From an uncultured Bacilli bacterium (GTDB lineage Bacteria > Bacillota_I > Bacilli_A > RF39 > UBA660): a stretch of DNA of 64,000 bases. A model generated the notes under the pieces. The model was not told the DNA's origin and ran no database searches. It was given only the letters and a program-made list of their open reading frames with translations. Where the stretch lies: assembly GCA_944363715.1 (NCBI GenBank), contig CALVUX010000003.1, positions 8,155 to 72,154 on the forward strand, given 5' to 3'. A program made the translations under genes and the position numbers. Positions 58,569 to 64,000 of the stretch are shown here, one piece after another (the stretch's first letter is position 1; every line of letters starts with the position of its first letter).

Positions 58569-59227
58569 AAAAAGAATTTATATTAGAATTTGAAAATGTT
58601 ACAAAATATTATGGTAATGATCTAGTATTTAGTAATGTTAATTTAAAAATTAAAAAAGGCGATGTAATTGCTTTGACTGGTAAAAGTGGATGTGGTAAAA
58701 GTACGTTATTGAAATGCATAAATCGCTTAGAACATATCAATGATGGAAAAATAAAATTTAAAGGTATCGATATTTCTGAAATATCAATGGTTCAATTAAG
58801 GCAAAAAATTGGAATGGTTTTTCAAGATTATAATTTATTTGAACACTTAACTGTGTTAGATAATTTAATAATCGGATTAATTAAAATAAAAAAAATTTCT
58901 CGAGATGAGAGTATTCATAAAGCATTAAATATGTTAAAGAAATTAGATTTAATTGATAAAAAAGATAATTATCCAAATGAATTATCAGGTGGTCAGAAGC
59001 AAAGAGTAGCCATTGCTAGAACATTATTAATGAAACCAGATATTATATTGTTAGATGAACCAACAAGCGCATTAGATAAAGAAATGAAAGATAGTGTATT
59101 GAATTTAATTAAAAAAATTGTAGAAGAAAATATGACATTAATTATAGTTTCACATGAGGAAGAATTTATAAAAAATGTTTCAGATCAAATATATGTATTA
59201 AAAAACAATTGTGTGGAGATGAAATAG
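58565..59227 (+). CDS. Amino-acid ABC transporter ATP-binding protein
   Basis: Walker A GKSGCGKST, signature LSGGQKQRVAIAR, Walker B ILLDEPTSALD. Confidence 0.95.
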   Translation: MKKEFILEFENVTKYYGNDLVFSNVNLKIKKGDVIALTGKSGCGKSTLLKCINRLEHINDGKIKFKGIDISEISMVQLRQKIGMVFQDYNLFEHLTVLDNLIIGLIKIKKISRDESIHKALNMLKKLDLIDKKDNYPNELSGGQKQRVAIARTLLMKPDIILLDEPTSALDKEMKDSVLNLIKKIVEENMTLIIVSHEEEFIKNVSDQIYVLKNNCVEMK

Positions 59228-59228
59228 A

Positions 59229-60167
59229 ATGAATGAATTAGAATTATATAAAGGTAATCGTATTACATTAATGGCGTGTTCAAGTTGCAATGCAAAATGT
59301 AGTGATTGCTACATAGGATATACAGGTAATAGAACACCAGATGATTTGTATAACATAGCATATTTATTAATGAATGATGGAAAACATGTTAGAATAGATG
59401 GTGCTGAGGTATTAACTAATTTAGATTACCTAAAAACATTAAAATTAGTTGGTCAAAATTGGATAATGACAAATGGATTTCGAATTTATAGTGAACCAGA
59501 TATTATCGATTTATTAAGGGACAATAATATAGATACTGTTTACATGTCATATCATTATGGTATTCAAGAAGATATAAATTCTATTTCTTTGACTATTGTT
59601 GAAGATGTTATTAAATTACTTAATAAAAATAATTTCAATATATATTTAAATTGTACTTTAACAAATAGAAATTACAAGGATATTAAATATATCGCTGAAA
59701 AAACATATCAACTTGGTGCGAAAGGAGTTGGATTCAATAAAATATTTCAACAAGGAAAGGCAAAAAATATTGAAAATTTAGATTTAACTAAAGAACAGTC
59801 AAAAGAGTTTTTTGAAGATTTAAATTATCTTAGAAATCATCATGATAAAAATGAATTTTATATTACTAGAGGAGGTTCATTAGGACACGATACATTTAAA
59901 GGAAAGGATAATTTTAGATGTAATGCTGGGAATAATCATGTGATGATAGCTCCAGATTCTAAAGTTTATGGTTGTAATGCAATATGTAGGCCTGGATATG
60001 AAATAGGAGAGTTTATCAATAATAAAGTTTACTTATATAAAAAATTTTATCATGATGAGTCAGTTTGTTTAGCAGAGTTACTTGGTTATTTAAATGAGGA
60101 TAATATGGATAATTTGACATATGACAAATATCCGGTTTTAGTAAAAAAATATAGTAATAAAAAGTAG
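59229..60167 (+). CDS. Radical SAM enzyme with C-terminal Cys-rich (SPASM/twitch-like) region
   Basis: CNAKCSDCY (CxxxCxxC) near the N-terminus. C-terminal RCNAGNNHVMIAPDSKVYGCNAIC cluster. Confidence 0.85.
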   Translation: MNELELYKGNRITLMACSSCNAKCSDCYIGYTGNRTPDDLYNIAYLLMNDGKHVRIDGAEVLTNLDYLKTLKLVGQNWIMTNGFRIYSEPDIIDLLRDNNIDTVYMSYHYGIQEDINSISLTIVEDVIKLLNKNNFNIYLNCTLTNRNYKDIKYIAEKTYQLGAKGVGFNKIFQQGKAKNIENLDLTKEQSKEFFEDLNYLRNHHDKNEFYITRGGSLGHDTFKGKDNFRCNAGNNHVMIAPDSKVYGCNAICRPGYEIGEFINNKVYLYKKFYHDESVCLAELLGYLNEDNMDNLTYDKYPVLVKKYSNKK

Positions 60168-60178
60168 GTGAAATATTT

Positions 60179-61318
60179 ATGTTAAGCATAGAAGATTATA
60201 ATAGTAAAGAAATTGATGGAAGAATTAAATTGTCTAATAGATTCATTAGAGCGTTTAGACCTAAATTATTTGAAAATGGTGGTTTTCCAACTACTGTACA
60301 AAAAGAAGAAGAGTTAGTTAGATATATTGATAGTATGCATGCATATAGTTTTGAAAGTCATTATAATGATTTGTGTGGTGGTATAACTGAGAAAGAATTT
60401 TCTTTGTTGAAAAAAACTACAAACGATATACATGATATGACAACTAGAAAATATAATGCTGATTTTCTTGTGAAGGCACCTATGATTGCTTCTATATGTG
60501 AGAAACGAATAATTGAAGCAGCATTAGGCAGTACTGATGAAAAAAGAATATTTGAGATTGGTGGAGGATCAGGTACTTTAGGATGTCTTTTGTTAGAAGA
60601 TAATATAAAGTATTCTGCAACAGATGTAACTCAAGCATTCTATTTAATTCAAAATAGGTTATTTGATTATATTACTAATGGTGATATTAATGAATTAGTT
60701 AATCAGGATTTAAATATTAATTCAAAATGTATTCATTTACCATATTGGAAATTATGGGAGATGAGAGAAAATCCAATAGATATTGATTTAGTAGTTTCTA
60801 ATCATGCACTTTTAGAAATGAGTCCAAATTCTTTGAGATTTTATTTAAATTTTTGTAAAAATGCAATGGGAAATAGTAAAGATGGATTATTTGTTTTTCA
60901 AGGTGGAGGCTGGCGAATTGATCAAACTCTAATAGATTTAATAGAATTATTTGATGAATATGGTTTTTATTTAAAATATTTTGATCATAGTAAAGAAATA
61001 GCTGGATTTTCTTTGAAAGAAGGTTCTGTAAAAAAAGAAGTACTTTTAGCATTAAAAGAGTTATTGATTAATGGTGTTGATAAAGAAAAAATATATGCTC
61101 TAGGTTCTCATATTAATTCAAGATTAAATTCAAGTCAAATTTTCTATTGTGGTGATGTAGGAGATAGAATGAATTCTGCTTTTCACAAGATTTCAACTGA
61201 AAATAAAGTTGATATAGAATGTGTAAAAAAATATTATGATAGTTTTTATGCAAAAAATGATTCTCCGGATGATGAATTTGCAGAATATATATCGTGTAAG
61301 AAAAAAATAATGAGGTGA
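60179..61318 (+). CDS. Class I SAM-dependent methyltransferase-like protein
   Basis: IFEIGGGSGTLGCLLLED (motif I), YSATDV (acidic post-I), DLVVSNHALLEM (motif II/III region). Confidence 0.55.
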   Translation: MLSIEDYNSKEIDGRIKLSNRFIRAFRPKLFENGGFPTTVQKEEELVRYIDSMHAYSFESHYNDLCGGITEKEFSLLKKTTNDIHDMTTRKYNADFLVKAPMIASICEKRIIEAALGSTDEKRIFEIGGGSGTLGCLLLEDNIKYSATDVTQAFYLIQNRLFDYITNGDINELVNQDLNINSKCIHLPYWKLWEMRENPIDIDLVVSNHALLEMSPNSLRFYLNFCKNAMGNSKDGLFVFQGGGWRIDQTLIDLIELFDEYGFYLKYFDHSKEIAGFSLKEGSVKKEVLLALKELLINGVDKEKIYALGSHINSRLNSSQIFYCGDVGDRMNSAFHKISTENKVDIECVKKYYDSFYAKNDSPDDEFAEYISCKKKIMR

Positions 61319-61965
61319 TTAATGTGAAGACACTTATATTTATTGGCGGTGCAACGGCATGTGGTAAAAGTACATTGGCAAATAGTTTGAATGAAAAAAT
61401 TCCAAATAGTATTAAATATAGAAGACATCAAGGTTTCTTTGATATTGCTTCGAAAAAGAGTATTCCTAAAAATGAAATTTATAGATGTATAACCTCTGAG
61501 CAAGTAGATGATTGGTTTGTAAATATATGTGATAATTCAGAAGTCGTTATTTCAGATGTACATTATGCTATTCAAATGAGTAGAAATGGCATAGATTCTA
61601 ATCACAATGTTGACATACACCAAAATTATGTTCCAACTATTTCAATTGATTTATTAAATAATATTTCATCGAAAAATATTCAAATAGTTGCAGTATTCCT
61701 TACATGTCCTCCTCAACAATGTTTGAATAGAGCAATTTCTAGATATAATGAATCTAAAAAAGATTTTCGAAATATTTCTATTGAAGATGCTACTATTGAA
61801 AATTTTTCAGAAGAGAAGGAATGGAATAATATTTTATTGACAGGTCTTGCAGATGGATTAAAATTGAATTCTGAGAAATTTTCAGTTGAACAATTAACTG
61901 ATCAATGCTTAGAACATTTAAAAAAATATGAAGAAATTACACTGAAAAAAATAAAAAAATTATAA
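61315..61965 (+). CDS. P-loop kinase-like protein
   Basis: LIFIGGATACGKSTLANSL Walker A. Size and layout resemble small-molecule/nucleoside kinases. The true start may be the in-frame GTG at 61324. Confidence 0.5.
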   Translation: MINVKTLIFIGGATACGKSTLANSLNEKIPNSIKYRRHQGFFDIASKKSIPKNEIYRCITSEQVDDWFVNICDNSEVVISDVHYAIQMSRNGIDSNHNVDIHQNYVPTISIDLLNNISSKNIQIVAVFLTCPPQQCLNRAISRYNESKKDFRNISIEDATIENFSEEKEWNNILLTGLADGLKLNSEKFSVEQLTDQCLEHLKKYEEITLKKIKKL

Positions 61966-61998
61966 ATCATGGTATAATTAATACGAGGTGGTCGTAAA

Positions 61999-62517
61999 AT
62001 GAAAGAAACAATATATAATTATGATTATTTAAAGGATGAAGATATAACTGAAGTTGTTATAAGAACTAAAGCATTAATAATTAATAGTAAAAACATAATT
62101 TTAGGAAATGAGAATAATATATATCAATTTCCAGGAGGCCATTTAGAGGAAAATGAAACTTTTGAAGAATGCTTAAAGCGTGAAGTTTTAGAAGAAACTG
62201 GTATAGAGATTGATGATAATGAAATAAAAAGACCTTTTATGAAAGTTACTTATTTAAACAAAGATTGGCCATCAATTGGGAAAAATAGAAAATCTGAAAT
62301 ATATTATTATTTAATTGAAACTAGTAAAAATCCAAATATGAGTAAGGTAAAATATACTGAACATGAAAAACTAGGTAATTTTAAAATTGAATCTATTCCT
62401 TTGAGCGAATCAATAAGTGTTATTGAAAATAACATTTCAAAAAATGAAAAAAATAAAGTTATAGCACCAGATATGATAATGGCCATAACAGAGTATTTAC
62501 ATCAGAGTGAAGATTAA
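61999..62517 (+). CDS. NUDIX hydrolase
   Basis: Complete Nudix box GHLEENETFEECLKREVLEETGI. Confidence 0.85.
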   Translation: MKETIYNYDYLKDEDITEVVIRTKALIINSKNIILGNENNIYQFPGGHLEENETFEECLKREVLEETGIEIDDNEIKRPFMKVTYLNKDWPSIGKNRKSEIYYYLIETSKNPNMSKVKYTEHEKLGNFKIESIPLSESISVIENNISKNEKNKVIAPDMIMAITEYLHQSED

Positions 62518-62518
62518 A

Positions 62519-63055
62519 ATGAAATTTGAAGAGAAAATATATAATACTGATAATTTAAGTATTAAAGATATTGATGAAAAAACAACACGTGCAAGAGCCA
62601 TTATTGTTAATTCAAATAAAGAAGTATTGATGTGTTATTCGAATGGTAGTAATCATTATGAGTTTCCGGGAGATCATTTAGAATTTGGTGAAAATTTAAT
62701 TGAAGGTTTAAAACGAGAATTATTAGAAGAAACGGGAATAGAAATAGAAAAAGAAAATGCTACACCTTTTTATTCTATAAAGTACTATTGTAAAAATTAT
62801 CATGGTACTGGTAAAAATAGATTAGTTGAAATATATTTTTTTTTGGTTTATACAGATTTATCCTATGATGTATTAAAAATAAAACTAGATGAAAATGAAA
62901 TATATAAAAATTATGAATGTAGATATATTGGTATTGAAAAATTAAAGAACATATTATTTGAAAATAAACAAACTACTAGAGAAACTAATAGTTCATTGGA
63001 CGATACAATTTTAGTATACGAAGAGTTTTTATCTAGAAATAATTATGGGGGATAG
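62519..63055 (+). CDS. NUDIX hydrolase (paralogue of the preceding gene)
   Basis: FPGDHLEFGENLIEGLKRELLEETGI: Nudix box with Asp replacing the first Gly. Same overall layout as the 61999 product. Confidence 0.8.
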   Translation: MKFEEKIYNTDNLSIKDIDEKTTRARAIIVNSNKEVLMCYSNGSNHYEFPGDHLEFGENLIEGLKRELLEETGIEIEKENATPFYSIKYYCKNYHGTGKNRLVEIYFFLVYTDLSYDVLKIKLDENEIYKNYECRYIGIEKLKNILFENKQTTRETNSSLDDTILVYEEFLSRNNYGG

Positions 63056-63135
63056 TCTGAAAATATAAAAAAACTTATTTTATAGAATTAGATAAAAAAG
63101 GGCAGACTTTCCCTTACCCCATAAAAGGTCAAAAA

Positions 63136-64000
63136 TTAAATAGTTAAATTATTGGCATTCTGATTAATTAAATTAATTAATTCTTCCAATGTAAGGCCCA
63201 AAGATAATAATCGTTTAAGTGATTGATTGAAATTATTTTTGGTATATTTAATTCTATCTTCAACAGGTGTTTCAACAGAAGCTAAATCAACAGGATTCCA
63301 AACTTCACCAGTTTCAAACATATTATAGATAGCAACTAAAATTTTTCTAGCAATTGCAATAATCGCACGTTTCTTACCGCGACGTTTAGAAAGTTTCTCA
63401 TATTTCTTTGCATAGTAAGTGTTAGTTTTATCTTTAACAGCATTGTGAGTAATTTCAACAAGATATGGTTTAAGATAAACACCGGCACGAGAGATTTTAA
63501 CAGATTTTTTCTTGCCAGCAGATTCATTACAACCAGGAGCAAGCCCAGCCCAAGAAGTAAGGCGGTAATGAGATTTAAATTGAGAAACATCATTACTAAT
63601 TTCTGATAAAACACCAATTGCTGAATTTCTATCAATACCAGGAATTGTACAAAGTAAGTCGATGTAAGATTCGTAAGGTGTAACTAAAGAATCAATTATA
63701 TAATTTAATTTACTTATTTGATTATTAAGATAATCAATATGTTCTTTGATAATATTAATTCTTAGTTTTTGTTTGTAAGTGAATTGTATGCCATCAATAG
63801 AAGATAAAATATCTTCGTCAGAAGATTTGCATTTTTTACTAATACAATTTATAATATCCTCATCTGAGAAATTATCATTATTCATAATGATATTAATAAT
63901 AGATTGTGAAGATTTACCAAAGATATCGGAAAAAACCATATCTAATTTGCAATTACCAACAGTAAGAGCATTAGTAAATCTATTTTTCTCAGATGATTTG
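63136..64000 (-). mobile_element. IS110-family transposase gene, 5' part runs off the window
   Basis: C-terminal Transposase_20-type block LLCTIPGIDRNSAIGVLSEI...LTSWAGLAPGCNESAGKKKS..ISRAGVYLKPYLVE. The - strand frame stays open from 63939 to 64000 (..NALTVGNCKLDMVFSDIFG), so the listed Met is internal. Confidence 0.85.

Noticed and set aside
59229-60167. Radical SAM enzyme as a prokaryotic viperin-type antiviral nucleotide synthase (tempting given the kinases and Nudix neighbours)
   Set aside because: The C-terminal Cys-rich SPASM/twitch-like region and the overall motif pattern are not viperin-like. Its neighbours are ligases and an amino-acid importer rather than a defence context. Needs a profile search to be certain.

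Overview
Low-GC, Firmicutes-type chromosomal window, almost entirely + strand, from a lineage with sporulation genes (spoIIGA-sigE). No rRNA, tRNA or CRISPR array was seen by eye.

Core content (about 1-45.3 kb):
- Division and cell-wall genes: a PASTA-bearing PBP, ftsA-ftsZ and a second class B PBP.
- A small glycan cluster: GT4, a split Alg14/Alg13-like transferase and an SGNH hydrolase.
- Translation and RNA-modification genes: rplU-prp-rpmA-obg, rimM-trmD and tgt.
- Other housekeeping: nfo, spoIIGA-sigE, a Fur/PerR-like regulator with rubrerythrin, rnhB, topA, a class B sortase and a P-type ATPase.

Features the ORF track does not show:
1. A type III toxin-antitoxin locus. A consensus promoter is followed by two abutting 50-nt direct repeats, a terminator and a ToxN/AbiQ/CptN-like 161-aa ORF. 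It is wedged between the sortase and a likely sortase substrate.
2. Two tandem IS200/IS605-family tnpB-only elements, one full length and one internally deleted. They share a conserved 3' RNA-scaffold-like end with a covarying terminal hairpin. A third, solitary copy of their 5' promoter/leader module is fused to the start codon of the type III toxin gene.
3. A candidate type I toxin-antitoxin locus: a 22-codon hydrophobic ORF with convergent promoters and a shared hairpin.

Accessory content (about 45.3 kb to the window end):
- An AbiEi-like remnant, surface and membrane proteins, and a class B PBP gene cut off before its KTG motif at 49515.
- A KAP P-loop NTPase, and a LysR regulator paired with a degenerate Nudix protein.
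- A tightly coupled 12-gene operon (52639-63055): PLP aminotransferase, two ATP-grasp ligases, an AAA_28-like ATPase, an amino-acid ABC importer with a circularly permuted binding protein, a radical SAM/SPASM-like enzyme, a methyltransferase, a P-loop kinase-like protein and two Nudix hydrolases.
- A partial IS110-family transposase at the edge.

The operon matches no pathway I recognise and is my best candidate for an undescribed system. The type III TA with IS-derived leader arrangement is the best structure directly readable from the DNA. All homology calls come from motif recognition by eye; no searches were run.
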